Notes: a model not told the origin generated them from the sequence alone. Shown: positions 1-12,658, numbered from the stretch's first letter. The stretch is 64,000 bases of DNA from Heteronotia binoei (GCF_032191835.1 NC_083223.1:258354001-258418000), one strand, 5' to 3'. Translations and numbers: made by a program.

Positions 1-702
1 CCATGGCTCTCAGTTTGTAAGACTGAGCAAGGCTATTGACGAAAGGATGTTTTGGAGGTCAATAATTCACAGGATCACGGTAAATTGAAACCCCTATCCT
101 CTTCAGCCAAAGTCAGGAAAGTTAATTTCTAGATCTTTTAAACTTACTTCTGGCCTCCAAGACATGATGACTTGTGTTCAGATTTGTTGTCTTTTGTTGC
201 TTTTATTTTCCTTTCAGTCCTCAGATTTTCAACTTTCACAGTCTTCAGGTCGGTTGAACTTTCCTGTCCTACTGTAATGTAATGGCAGGTGAGAGAAACA
301 TCAATTGTACTAACTTCCTTCCTGTTGAACTTCTGCTACTGCTACAGAATGTCATATCAGAAGCGTGTGACTCAAGCAATATACTCATTGCAAATCTAGA
401 AACTGCTCAAAATGCTTATTTAAAGAAAAGATTCTAGCTCTATGTGTAACAAACTATTTTTGTGTGGCTCAAACAATATATTCACTACCAGTGCTTTTTT
501 TAAAAATAGCAGGAACACACAGGAACGCAGTCCTGGCTGACTTGGTGTCAGGGGTGTGGCCTAATATGCAAATGAGTCCCTGCTGGGCTTTTTCTACACA
601 AAGCCCTGCTCATTACATATCTAGAAATTATTCAAAATGCTTATCTGAAAAAGGTTGTTGCTGTACCTGTTACAGACTATTTTCTCACCCAGCAGAAGAA
701 AG

Positions 703-1057
703 TTTGAGTCCAGTGGCACCTATAAGACCAACAAAGTTTTGGCCTTAGCGGTATAGGTTTTGGGTGCGTGTACACTTCTTCAGATAACAGTAGAAAAAAA
801 GACTTGTTCAACCATTACATGTAGACAGAAAGAGGGTGTGCGGATGTTAGTTGCCAGGAAGGACTAGTTAGAGTCAAGATGCATAAGTAACTGGGAGACT
901 ATAGCTGAGATTGGATTAAAGCGCTCGGTAAGATCTCTGAGCAGCATTAATTAGCACGCAAATATAAGAGTTAACTAACAAATGCAAGAATTAAGTTTGA
1001 GTTTCCCGGTGCCTTGAATAAAACTTTGTTGGTCTTAAAGGTGCCACTGGACTCAAA
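703..1057. mobile_element. Penelope-like element remnant with inverted termini
   Basis: 38-bp inverted repeat (703-740 vs 1020-1057, 1 mismatch) of the ...GGTCTTAAAGGTGCCACTGGACTC terminus; degenerate CTGAAGA core on the minus strand near 780-787. Confidence 0.55.
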
Positions 1058-2198
1058 ACTTTTTCTTTTATTTTCTCACCTGTGGGAAAAAACATTGCTT
1101 ACTCTTTGATCCAAAGCAACCTACTAACCACTAAACCACAGAGCTGTACTGAGATGACAATTATCTCTAATAGTCAATCTGTTACAGGAAAACAACCCTC
1201 TGACTGAAGAAGCTTGGAATTCCCCTGAACTATGTTTCGTTTCTGATTTATATATAAATACTGAAAGCCAACCCTCCCTCTGAAGAAGTTTCTACTTAAC
1301 TTGTACAAACTTGAGGGAGCTATATTGTTGATGGTTAACTACTGTTCTAAGTTGTTGCGTCATTAGGAAAAACTGGTAGCGGACTTCTTTACTTCAATAG
1401 ACCACAGGATCCCTTCTTCCCTGGAAGATACACCTTTTATATTTTCCTGAGAGAAGGAAATGACTTATCCAACAACGTTTTTCTGAATATCTGTTTGATT
1501 TCCCCTTTTTTATATCTTTTTCCCTTAGTTTTTCCCCGTCGATCGCCGTTACGTCTGATGGAAAACTTTTGGCTGGCTCCTGTTCCTTTAAAAAACGCCA
1601 CAAGCCTCCTGAACGTTGCGGAGCCTTGCTCTTTTGTATATCTTTTTTGCACCATTTTCTAATAGATTGGGATGTTTTGTTATAAATGACTGGTGGATAT
1701 GCTAATGACTGGTTGAAAGGTGACTGGTGAATGCTTGATCTCTCTCTTTTTTTCCGCCTTGTGGGTTTTTTTTTGGGGGGGGGGAAGTTATCTGTCGTAT
1801 GATGTAACCGATCCGCCGCTGCAAAGCCGCGCAAAGCAGTTCGAGAAGAGATCAAGGGGGGGGGGGGGGCGGGGAAGCCGCATAATTATTTCTCTGCCTG
1901 AAATTTAGGGCTCGCAAAGAACAGTCCTCCCTGATCCCGTTGCCTTTCCCTCTTTTATTTGGGGGGGAAGGGTAACCTCCGCAGTAACCTTTTTATGCTA
2001 GGGTCGTTCTTGCCTACCCTTCGATTACAGATCTCTCCACCCCTGCTGCCAATCTTTTGGTGTCTTTTTTACTGGATTTTCGGGACGTTTCTAATCTCTA
2101 GCTTTCTGAATCCCACTGCTAGCGAAATTCCAGAACTTCGGAAGGTGCTGTTCTTTTTTCTTTTTTTCACCCCCCCTCCCCCCCCCCCCCACTTCAGT

Positions 2199-2482
2199 GA
2201 AGAAGAAGAAGAAGATATTGGATTTATATCCCGCCCTCCACTCCAAAGAGTCTCAGAGCGGCTCACAATCTCCTTTACCTTCCTCCCCCACAACAGACAC
2301 CCTGTGAGGTGGGTGGGGCTGGAGAGGGCTCTCCCAGCAGCTGCCCTTTCAAGGACAACCTCTGCCAGAGCTATGGCTGACCCAAGGCCATGCTAGCAGG
2401 TGCAAGTGGAGGAGTGGGGAATCAAACCTGGTTCTCCCAGATAAGAGTCCGCACGCTTAACCACTACACCAAACTGGCTCTC
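2199..2482 (-). mobile_element. Squam3-like tRNA-derived SINE
   Basis: Head GAGAGCCAGTTTGGTGTAGTGGTTAAG and (TTC)n tail; other copies at 37642-37924(-), 39015-39293(+), 40594-40868(+), 44541-44830(-), 46972-47211(-), 50743-51005(-), 53861-54226(+, split). Confidence 0.8.
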
Positions 2483-2502
2483 CTAGTGAAGATACACTAG
2501 AG

Positions 2503-2600
2503 CAGGGGTCCTCAAACTTTTTAAATAGGGGGCCAGTTCACTATCCCTCAGACTGCTGGAGGGCCAGACTGCCGTTACTGTACAAGGCCGCGGGCCGTCA
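2503..2600 (+). mobile_element. hAT-Charlie fragment resembling OposCharlie1 (OC1)
   Basis: Starts CAGGGGTCCTCAAACTTTTTAAATAGGGGGCCAGTTCACT, close to my recollection of the OC1 5' end. Confidence 0.5.
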
Positions 2601-2688
2601 CTTCTCCATCTTCTGCATCTCTCTCCCTTCCCCACACCACACACCCCGGCCTGGGAACTCACCTCACCTCGGTATCACCTCACACTCT

Positions 2689-2879
2689 GGGCGTTTTCGC
2701 ACTAGCGTTTACTCCGGCGTAGCACCCCATTTACCTCCGGATCTTTTCCTGGTTTTCGCACCTGTTGCTCCAGCGCTGTGGTTTGCTCCAGCGCTTCAGG
2801 GGTGCGAAAACGAGGAAAATGAGCCGGACATAATTGCGCCGTGGAATAAGGGGAGCAAACGCTAAGTGCGAAAACGACC
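2689..2879. mobile_element. PIF/Harbinger-like MITE, related TIRs
   Basis: GGGCGTTTTCGCACT ... AGTGCGAAAACGACC, 3-bp TSD TCT. Confidence 0.75.
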
Positions 2880-4483
2880 TCTGTCTCCGCTGTAAGGAAA
2901 AGCCCCCTACTTTTCATACACATGGACATCGTGATCACCAGTATGGTTGCCAGGGTGCCTGGAGTGTCAGCTTGTGTTCTATTGATACTAACCATATTGC
3001 CTATACTGTTTATTTGCTTGTGACTAACCTCATTGATCCTCTGTAGAATCTTAGGTATGCCTGAGGGGGAAAAGGGAGGTGGGAGTGACTTGGGCGCCAG
3101 AGGCAATAAACGGCTTTGGAGTGCAGAGAAGCGCAGCCGCTTCCCAGGCGCCGGCAAGGACATCGGCCGGGAGGGGGAGTGGAGATGGCCCAACTAGAGA
3201 GATAACAGGCGTGTGAATCAAACACCTCTGAAAGCAGAATGCAACTTTATTATGAGAATGATTTAAACCCCCAGGCTTTGATGTATCCCCATAAATGCTA
3301 GTGCTTGTTCTCTATGTGTTATCACTCTCAAAGACCTTCTGCAAGAGTAACATTGTTGTATTCAATAAATGAAACTTATTTTCAAAAGAAAAGAGTCCTA
3401 TCATTGTTGAAGCCTCGATGAACCCTGCGCTGACACTCTGAGAGTGATAACACATAGAGAATAAAACATCTACTGTCATTTAAACATCTACTGTCATTTA
3501 AAAAAATTATTAATAGCCTACATGAAACCATCGAATTTGAAATAAATGACTAGAGAGATAATTTTGGGATGTTAATATTAAAAGAGTAGGAGACAAAATT
3601 GAGACTAGCACCTACAGAAAACCCACAGATGCTAATTCCTTTTTGGTTAGTGATAGTTTCCACCCACAGAATTTAATAAAGAACCTGCTTTATTCTCCGA
3701 TGTTGAGAATCAGGAGGAACTGTAGCATTTTCTCTGACTTTGTAAAACAACCTAAATTACTTAGGAGTCCATTCAGAGAGAGGGGCTGCTACTTTTCCAG
3801 AATTGTCAAACAGGCTTTTTATGAGATAACCGCCCCACAGCAGATCCTTCCTTCTGGAGCCAAAAAATAGACAAGATAAATCTAAACGAATTATTCCACT
3901 GACATACAATGAGAGATTGATTCAAGTCAAAAATGTTGTTAGAAAACCTTGGCACTTACTTGCTAATATTCCTAGATGTGAGGCTTGCTGCTCTTTTTGC
4001 CCTCTGTAGATCTAAGAACTTGAGAGATATACTTGTTATAAGTAGTAGTTTAAAATCTTCCCCTGCAACACAGAGAAGAGTAGGCGTATACCAGTTGGCA
4101 ACTTTCCCCGTGGGAGGTGTTTGGTCTGTAGTTAATGTTTCTGTTATAATTCTACTAAGCAAAGAAAGTACTCCATTAGAACTTTTTTCAGTTGTAATGA
4201 TTTCTGCAATTATTTTCAAAATATGAACATATGTGGGATGTACGTCAAGTCAGATTTATGAAGAGGAAAAATGTTCCACATTGATAATTTTACAGCTGCT
4301 GGCCATAGCAACAGAGACTTTCGTTTCTTGGCTCTGGAACAAGTCCAGGCTTGAAATCTAAGCTGACTGAGTATTTGAGGGCCTGTGAGACATTTTGGAT
4401 CCATGCCCTTATGTATTTAACTCTGTATGGGTTAAATCAACAGGTCGACTGCCTTACTGTATAAATATATGATAGTGTAATAT

Positions 4484-4720
4484 CTGAAGCTCAAATGCTT
4501 TGACCACCAAATTAGAAGGGAGCACTCACTGGAGAAGATCCTGATGCTGTGAAGGGAAGAAGGGGACAGCAAAAGATGAGATGGCTGGACAGCATTACTG
4601 ATGTAACAAACATGAATTTGAGCAGACTTCGGAGGTTGGTGGAAGACAGGAGGGCCTGGCATGACTTTGCCCATGGGGTCGCAAAGAGTCGGACTCGACT
4701 GTGCGACTGAACAACAAAAA
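4484..4720 (+). mobile_element. BovB (RTE LINE) 3' end
   Basis: ...CCATGGGGTCGCAAAGAGTCGGACTCGACTGTGCGACTGAACAAC matches the BovB 3' terminus. Confidence 0.85.
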
Positions 4721-4919
4721 TATTTATTCTGTAGTTCCTTTGTTCAACTGATTTAATGTTAGAATATATATGCATTTGTCACATTGGTACTGTGTGGTCA
4801 TATGACCACTGCTATGCATTGCATTAGAATAATAGAATCAGATTCTACTATTCTAATGCAATGCATAGCAATGTTTACATGACCCTAGGATAGCCAGTTC
4901 TAATAGATCCAAACCTGCA

Positions 4920-5470
4920 GGGCTTCAGGTGTCTGTGTACCAATGCCCAAAGCTTAGGCAATAAGAAGAAAGAGCTTGAGCTTCTAATGCAGACAGAAAG
5001 ATATGATTTAGTAGGCATTACAGATACTTGGTGGGAAGATTCTCATGACTGGAATGTAGCAGTGGATTGATATGTGCTGTTCAAGAAAAAAACAAAAGCG
5101 TCACACAGTTTGTGAGGAGAGGGTTTGTTTGCCAGTAAATACTGGAGGAGGAGGGTGACAGCCTAGTATCTGGGGGAGGATAAGGAAAGGAAGGACAGAC
5201 AGTATTGTGGCTGGAGTCTGCTACAGATCTCCTGACCAGGATGAGGAGATGGATGCTGCCCTCCTTGAACAGTTTGACAAACATCATGACCTGGTAGTGA
5301 CTTCCGCTTCCCTGATATGTGCTGGGAGACAAACTCTGCAGTGTCCACAATTACATACGTTCCTGACCTGTATGACTGACAGCTTCCTTCATCAAATAGT
5401 GGGGGAAGCTATGAGGGGCTTGGTCATACTCAACTTGATATTGATCAACAGTCAAGAGGCTGTGGAGGTC
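4920..5470 (+). mobile_element. CR1 LINE ORF2 endonuclease fragment, degenerate
   Basis: Translates CLCTNAQSLGNKKKELE...YDLVGITDTWWEDSHDWN, with stops. Confidence 0.85.
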
Positions 5471-8400
5471 AGAGGCACCACCCTGGGGATTCCAGGTGGC
5501 AGTCTGGGACTACAGAGTATTGTTTTGAGAGTGCGGAAAAGAGGGAGACAGAGAAACACTGACACATTAACTTTATCCTTGTTAATTAACACCAACTTTA
5601 AAAACAAGCCAACCCTTTATCCCCACTTGGGAAAAGTTATGTTCTATAAGATCCCTCATGTTTACCTCTGACATCTGTGCCACCTGCTCCAAGACAAGAC
5701 GTGACTTGTGGCGAGGTCTCTTGTCTTTTATCGATTATCTTCCTTCTATTGCTCCTGGAAACAGTTTGCCTTCCCAAGCCACTCCCAGTAAAGCTTATTT
5801 TATTAAGAGGTCTGTTTGTTGAGGCGATAAAGCAGGCAACCCCCAAGCTCAGTGCTTACTGGAAAATGAAACGAAGCAAAAAAAGAACTGTGGAATTTGC
5901 ATCCCATGATTGTGCAATGAGGTAATCGCCTATTCCTTTCGGTTCTCTATATCCATTTCTCTTTCATGGGTCAGCCTCTAAAATAAAATCATAGCTGCAC
6001 AGATGTGATAGGAGTCAAATTCCATGTAGGCAAGGTAAAGGGGAGGGCATGGTATTTTCCCAAATTCTATTCACATTATTTAGTCTGCCTTTCTCATTGG
6101 GAAGCAGATTACACAGAAGGAGTCAATATAATCAACATAGGGTTGCCAGGTCCGACTCAGAAAATATCTGGGAACTTTGGGGTGGAGCCAGGAACAAGGT
6201 TGTGCCAAGCATGATTGAACTCTGAAGGAAGTTCTACCCATCGCATTTAAAAAGGGCCATGTTCCTTTTAAATGCCTTCCCTCCATTTGGAAATAATGGA
6301 CAATTAGAACACCTTTTGGGGGTCATAGAATTAGACCCACTAATCCAATCTTTTTGAAACTTGGGAGGGGGGGGTTGAGGAGAGGCACCAGATGTTATCT
6401 GAAAATTTGGTGCCTCTGCCTCAAAACACAGGGGCCCCCAGAGCCCCAGGTTCCCATGGATTGATTTTTCATTATACCCTATAGGATATAATGGAGAGCC
6501 CAGCAGATATTCAACACCCCTCACTTTCTGATAACCCTGAAGGAGGGAAGAGCTTCCAAACTGTGGGATCTCCTGCTCTCAGCTGGGGATTATGACAAAA
6601 AAAGACTAATCCTTCATGTATAATAGTCTAAACACAATAATCTATTCCAATTTACAGTTCTTCAACACTCTTTATATTAAATTTCAATACACATTTGTAA
6701 AAAGCCCATACAGGTTTCTTCAGAAATACACAGAACAAACACAGTGAGAAACAGACAATGCAACCAAACAATCCAACAGGTAAAATATTAAAATATGGGC
6801 TAGTCACCCTTCTCTTATTTTTCCACTAAGACAGTAGTCCAGCTTGATTCTAAGCTTAGAACCTTTTGGGAAGATTACGGGGTTGAAAGTTTCTGATTAA
6901 TGAGATGTTTCCATGTGAATATGAAGCTTAGATGAAACATACAGCAAAAATGAGCTCCTAATATTCTGGAGATGCGCTTTTGAACACATGAAGCTGCCTT
7001 ATACTGAATCAGACCCTTGGTCCATCAAAGTCAGTATTGTCTACTCAGACTGGCAGCGGCTCTCCCGGGGTCTCAAGCTGAGGTTTTTCACGCCTATTTG
7101 CCTGGACCCTTTTCAGTTGGAGATCCAGGGTATCTGTGTATTGGGATCAAGCTGGACTATTCTCCTAAGTGGAGTTGATTATGACAATGGTTGGAACAGT
7201 AGACGGCCTCCAGAGATAACACATGAAATGATGCAGAATTACATAGCAAAATCCTACTTACAGCAACCTATATAGTACATTAGCATAGATCAAAGTCTCT
7301 AATTATCTAAGTAACTTTGGGAATCATTTTGTACTGTGCAACCCTGTTGCCTGTGTAGGAAAGCCCTCTTGAGTAATTTCACTTTTGCATGGTTTGTAGA
7401 AAGCCAGGAGACTACCAAAATAGCAGAGCTGAATACCAGAAGGCAATAGCCGAAGTTTCTGTGCTGTGGTTCAAGCAGGAGATAGGAGGAGGTTCAGATT
7501 CCCATTTGCCAGGCTGTTCACTATTACGTGACCTTAAGCCAGTGTCAGTCACCTCAAAGCTGGATTTACATCTCAAGAGTTCAACCATTCAAAAGAGTCT
7601 CCTGACTGCAGAGATCTAAAAATATATATTTGGAAACATGGATATGGGTTGGAATGGAAATACAGTGGTTTGGATCCCACAATCCGTCAGTGGAAACAGA
7701 AAGTACTGATGGCTACGCCTATGGGTCTTTCTGGCTCTTCCCACCTCACAGCAGCCAATCCCAACTCATGGAATGTTTATTCCCAGAGCCACATGGGTTG
7801 GGATTGCAGTGGAAGAAGGGGGTAAAATGGGTTCTTTTGGTCTTTCTGGAACCCCACCGGTGGAAGCAGCAGAAGGCAGTGATTTCCCCCCTTTCTCTTC
7901 CCCATGACAGCCTCCTAACTTGCCTGGCCATGATTCTCTGTAGCTCCTACCCTCCATTCCGCCCTCCCCCTCTTTCACACCAGCCGTAATGTGCTTTCAC
8001 CATCCCTGGGAGAAGAGGAAGAGGGAGCAGCATTCCCATAGGTAGCCCCCCTTCAACCCATCTTATTGATTCCTACCTGTAAATCTTGTCTACACTCTCT
8101 CCTTTAATTTTCATTGTGCCATCCCCCAGCCCTTTATATTTTGGACTTATATGGTACAGGGTTTTTCTTTGTTATTGACTCTTTATGTACACAAAGAGAT
8201 TTCTTCTAGGTGGGCAAGAGATCTAGGGTCAGCCCCACCCCCCTCCTTGAATGGATGTATTTTTTTTAATCTATCTATAAATGGGTCTATTTTTATCACC
8301 TTGTTTACAGGATCAGGAACTCCCACTTTCTTTCTTCCATAGTAGTGTGATAGAAATCTCTTTTTTTCCTCTCCCCTCTCCTTTTGCGGTATCTTTTTCT

Positions 8401-8549
8401 TTGGTTGAAATTGGGGGCCTTGGGATTCAGGGGAGTTGCATGTGGTAGAGGTTGCATTAGTCTGTTAGTTCATTTTTGTTATTTTGTTACAGAGACAGCT
8501 TGAAGGAGATGCGCTGAAAATATATATATTCTAAAGGGGAGAGACCCAC

Positions 8550-10015
8550 GATGGCTGGAGGTGGCTGAGAGGAGCATGTATTTTTTGAGCTGATGATGAA
8601 CTGTGTCCAGAGGAGGGCAACAAAGATGCTGAGGTGTCTGGAAACCAAGTCCTATGAGAAAGGGTGGAAGGAGCTGTGTATGTTTAATCTGGAGAGGAAA
8701 TGACTGAGAGGTGATATGATCACCATCTTCAAGTACCTGAAGGGCTATCATACAGAAGATGGTGCAGAATTGTTTTCTGTTGACCCAGAAGGTTGGACCA
8801 GAACCAATGGGATGAAATTAAATCAAAAAAGTTTCCAACTCAACAGTAGGAAGAACTTCCTGACTGTTAGAGTGGTTCCTCAGTGGAACAGGCTTTCTCA
8901 GGAGGTGGTGGGCTCTCCTTCCTTGGAGGCTTTTAAGCAGAGGCTAGATGGCCATCTGACAGCAATGCTGATTCTGTGAAATGGGCAGATTATGAGGAAG
9001 AAAGGCGGGAAGGGTTGTATCCAGTGGCGTCACTGGGGTGGGTTGCACCCTGGGGCCAAGTGCGTGGGTTGCACCCTGGGGCCAAGTCGGTTGCACCCTG
9101 GGGCCAAGTGTGCCGGACTCGGAGGGAAGAGCAGCAGTCCTCGTGCGCTGCCCAGAGGTGCTAAATCCCTCGCGTTCGAACAAAGGAAGCCTCCGCCTGG
9201 AGAAGCCGAAAGATTTGGGGACGGTAACCGTCCCGAAACTTGAGGAGAGGCGCTGCTCGTCCTGCAAACTACTTCTTCCATCAGTCCGTCCCTCCCAAGG
9301 CGCTGGCGGCGGCGCGGGCTTGTGCAAGACCAGTTGCTAGCCGAGAGCGGCGGCTGGGGGAGCTCAGCGCACCTGGCGAGAACCAGCGAGAAAGAAGCCC
9401 GCTTCGGGTCCTCGTCGCCTGCCCCCTCCTCCCCCGCCGCCAGCAGCAGCGCCTGCGGTGCGGAGTCTTCAGCACTGGCGCTCATGCGCACTGCCGGCAA
9501 TGCTCCTGCGCTACCCCTCACCCGCTCCTCCTCTTGCTGCTGCGAGCGCGGCCGATGCCGCCTGTTTTCCTCCTGCGTGAGGGACTCCCTCGCTCTCTGC
9601 CTGCCTGCCCCCTTCCCTTCTGCGCCCCGCGCGTCTAAAGCCTCCTTTCCCTCGCTGGTTGGCTCGCAACGTCCTCCCTTCCCTGGTTTGCCTGCTCGCC
9701 CTCTGATGCCTGCCTGCGGAGAGCTGCGCTTTCCTCTTCCCTCCCGGCCTTCTCTCGCTTCGCCACTGCCTTGAAAGAGCCTCCCCGCGTCTCCCGCCAA
9801 TAAAGACTGTGATTGCTTGCCGCCTGCTGCCTTCAAAGAGCCCTAGGGGGCCAATGAGAATGCTCTAGGGGGGGGCCAATGGCCCCCTTGGCCCTGCCCT
9901 AGTGACGCCTCTGGTTGTATCTGTGCTTAGTTCTTGTGGCCCTTTCTTACATGTCTGGCAAAATGCTGATTGCCACTTTGGGGTCAGTGAACAATTTTCC
10001 TCTAGGCCAGTTTGG
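8550..10015 (+). mobile_element. CR1 LINE 3' end, interrupted by the hAT at 9022-9913 (uninterrupted copy about 20590-21155)
   Basis: MITIFKYLKG...RKNFLTVRVVPQWNRL...AFKQRLDGHL is the CR1 ORF2 C-terminus. Confidence 0.85.
9022..9913. mobile_element. Non-autonomous hAT DNA transposon, 892 bp
   Basis: TIRs CAGTGGCGTCACTGGGG / CCCTAGTGACGCCTCTG; 8-bp TSD GTTGTATC (9014-9021, 9914-9921); empty site at 21053-21060; three subterminal repeats ggttgcaccctggggccaagt. Confidence 0.92.
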
Positions 10016-10024
10016 CAGTTTGGC

Positions 10025-10890
10025 TGATTTCCAGCCTCAATCAAATAACAATTTCAAAGGAGACTTACAAAAAATATCAAGAATAATCATACACTCTCAT
10101 AAACAACACCCTTGTAATGTGGAACAATTAATGCAAAAGGATCTTAATGTAAATTTAAAAAAAACAAATCAATGTAAGTCTTCATTGCACAGAGGTCCAA
10201 AGAGTCCGTTCATTCCCATAAAAATCTCTGTGGTTTCAAATAACTCCAGTTGTGAAATTCCAGTACTCCATGTTAATAGTACTCCATGTTCTATTAACAG
10301 CTTGACAGCGTCGCTCAGTAGCTCAACAGCAGCAGCCAGGCAGTACTTTTTAATCCCTCATCTCACTTTTGCTTTATCCAAAAGACACTTTGTTTGGAAT
10401 AATCCAGATAGACTCCTTTCTGGTCAGGCTCCCATTCGACTGCTTTGGATACTGAAGAAACCATCATTGCTTCTAAAACCAGTTATTTCTTCCCCCACCC
10501 CCGAATTTCAGGTTAATGTTGTCTGAAGACACTAGAACTGAAGACTTGTTTCCTCAGCTGACCATCCTCTTACCACCAGTAGCCATTCTTTAGTTCGCCC
10601 TTCTAAGAGCAATGCTACTGAGCAATGCTGCCAAGCTGTTAATACAATGTGGAGTGCTACACAATCGGAGTAACTTGGAACTGAAAAGATTTTTATGGGA
10701 ATGAACTGACTCTTTGGACCTCTGTGCGATGAAGACTTACATTAATTTGTTTTTGATTTATTTACACTAAGGTCCTTTTGTTTGAATTGTTCCGTATGAT
10801 ATGGGTTTTGTTTATGAGAGCATATGATTATACTTTATATTTTTGCAAATCTCATTTGAAAGTGTGTTATTTGATTGAGGCTGGTAATCA
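10025..10890. mobile_element. Old foldback/TIR element with about 200-bp terminal inverted repeats (second copy 21164-22016)
   Basis: 10025-10226 is the reverse complement of about 10687-10890 (roughly 80% by eye); no clear TSD. Confidence 0.7.
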
Positions 10891-11453
10891 CAGAAACCCT
10901 TGGGTTCTTCTCCAATCACTTACTAACGTGATTCTCTGTTGTAGTTGCTCAGCCTCCAGGTGAGGCCTGGAGATCTCCTGCTTTTACAACTGATCTCCAG
11001 CTGGCAGAGATTAGCTCCCTGGAGAAAAAGGCTGCTTGGAAGCGTGGACTGGATGGCATTGTACCATACTGAGGCCACACCCCTCCCCAAACTCTGCCCT
11101 CTTCTGGCTTCACCCCCAAAGTCTCCAGGTATTTTTCAACACAGACTTGGCAACCCTAATAATTGCCCCCAGAGCTGGCATTGAAATGTTCTGCAGGTCC
11201 ATTGGTCTCTTAGTAGTAAGCTGCAGAGATGACATGCTTGACCTCCCTCTCAATGGTCCCAAAGAATGTGGTCCCTAAGGCTGTGAGGACCTCCTTCAGC
11301 ATCCCTAGCCTGACAAATACGGGAACGAGGGAGTCTGCCAGAGTTTGCATCAATCCTGTACAAAGGCTGGGCTTCAGGAAAACAAGTTGCCTGACCCACC
11401 AAAACCAGAATGAAACAGTCCACCCACAGTGGACCCACAGTGTCTATGCCCAC

Positions 11454-11956
11454 CAGGGTTGCCAATCCCCAGGTGGGGGCAGAGGATCCCCCGGTTTGGA
11501 GGCCCTCCCCCTGCTTCAGGTTCGTCAGAAAGCGGGGGGAGGGGAGGGAAATGTCTGCTGGGAACTCTGTTATTCCCTATGGTGATTTATTCCCATAGAA
11601 AATCATGGAGAATTGATCCGCTGGTATCTGGGGCTCTGGGGGGCTGTTGTTTTGGGTAAAGGCACCAAATTTTCAGTATAGCATCTAGTGCCTCTCCCCA
11701 AAATACCCCCCAGGTTTCAAAACTATTGGACCAGGGGGGCCAATTCTATAAGCCCCAAAAGAAGGTGCCCCTATCCTTCATTATTTCCTATGAAAGGAAT
11801 TGAAAAGGTGGGCCGTCCCTTTAAATGTGATGGCCAGAACTCCCTTTGGAGTTTAATTATGCTTGTCACAGCCTTGATCTTGGCTCTACCCCTAATGTCT
11901 CCTGGCTCCACCCCCAAAGTCCCCAGATATTTCTTGAATGGGACTTGGCAACCCTA
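11454..11956. mobile_element. hAT (Blackjack-like) MITE (second copy 22580-23082; partial relative 6138-6590)
   Basis: CAGGGTTGCCA...TGGCAACCCTA TIRs and a perfect 8-bp TSD ATGCCCAC (11446-11453, 11957-11964). Confidence 0.85.
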
Positions 11957-12435
11957 ATGCCCACCCATTCTCATGGTGCTCCTATGCTAGGCAGGTTTTG
12001 TGGTGGGACTTTCACCCCGTCCTGGGGCTTCCCTACCTTCTGGCAAACCAAGCAGGAGCGGCAGAAATGCTTCGTGTATTTCCCCTTCTATGCCAGCTGG
12101 GCCTTGGTCTTGCGTATTCCTAAATGACCGCCCAGAACTGCTCTGTATGCTAAACTGAAAAGTTTCTCTCAGTGTGTTTTTGGCATGGGAAGTGGAGGCT
12201 ACAGTTGCTGCTCCTCTGGCTGCTTCCTGGAAATAATGTCTGTATACAGCTGTTTATTCCTGATCACAAACCAGGCTGGATTCTGTTTGGAAACGAGGGC
12301 TTCATCCCAAGCCTCATTTAAACTAGGGAGGGGGCAGGAAGAGTTTGCTGACCGTCAAGTTCCCTTGGGATCACCCCTCCCTGCAGTTCCTCAGCTCTGT
12401 TCAAAACACTGTCTTCCCTTCCAGGAGAGGACACC

Positions 12436-12658
12436 TAGGGTTGCCAGCCTCCAGGTGGGGCCTGGGGATCTCTCGCTTTTACAGCTGATTTCCAGCTGGC
12501 AGAGATCAGCTCCCCTGGAGAAAATGGCTGCTTTGGAGGGCGAACTCTATGGCATTGTACCATGCTGAGGCCCCTCTCCTCCCCAAACCCCACCATCTCC
12601 CAGCTCCCCCCTGCCCCAAAGTCTCCAGGTATTTTCCAATACAGACCTAGCAACCCTG
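12436..12658. mobile_element. Short TAGGGTTGCC-TIR hAT MITE (relatives at 10942-11158, about 22070-22284, 23562-23784, 33990-34160, 35408-35608)
   Basis: TAGGGTTGCCAG...GCAACCCT termini and a shared internal sequence. Confidence 0.75.

Noticed and set aside
218-288. Plus-strand exon with strong splice sites (similar minus-strand cases near 3959-4070, 5665-5866, 7260-7350)
   Set aside because: Stops in all or most frames, no recognisable product and no way to link them; could be lncRNA exons but unsupported here.
1394-1855. 153-aa Lys-rich ORF as a gene or L1 ORF1
   Set aside because: Low-complexity translation with a non-ATG start; the region may be a retroelement 5' UTR, but I cannot assign it.
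9030-9836. 268-aa and overlapping ORFs in the GC-rich hAT interior
   Set aside because: No transposase (BED finger, DDE, dimerisation) motifs; long ORFs are expected in stop-poor GC-rich DNA.
9915-10686. 203-aa plus-strand ORF, and an Ig-like exon guess on the minus strand
   Set aside because: Both lie within a CR1 tail and TIR element; the minus-strand segment has stops in all frames, and its apparent acceptor is part of the TIR and is mutated in copy 2.
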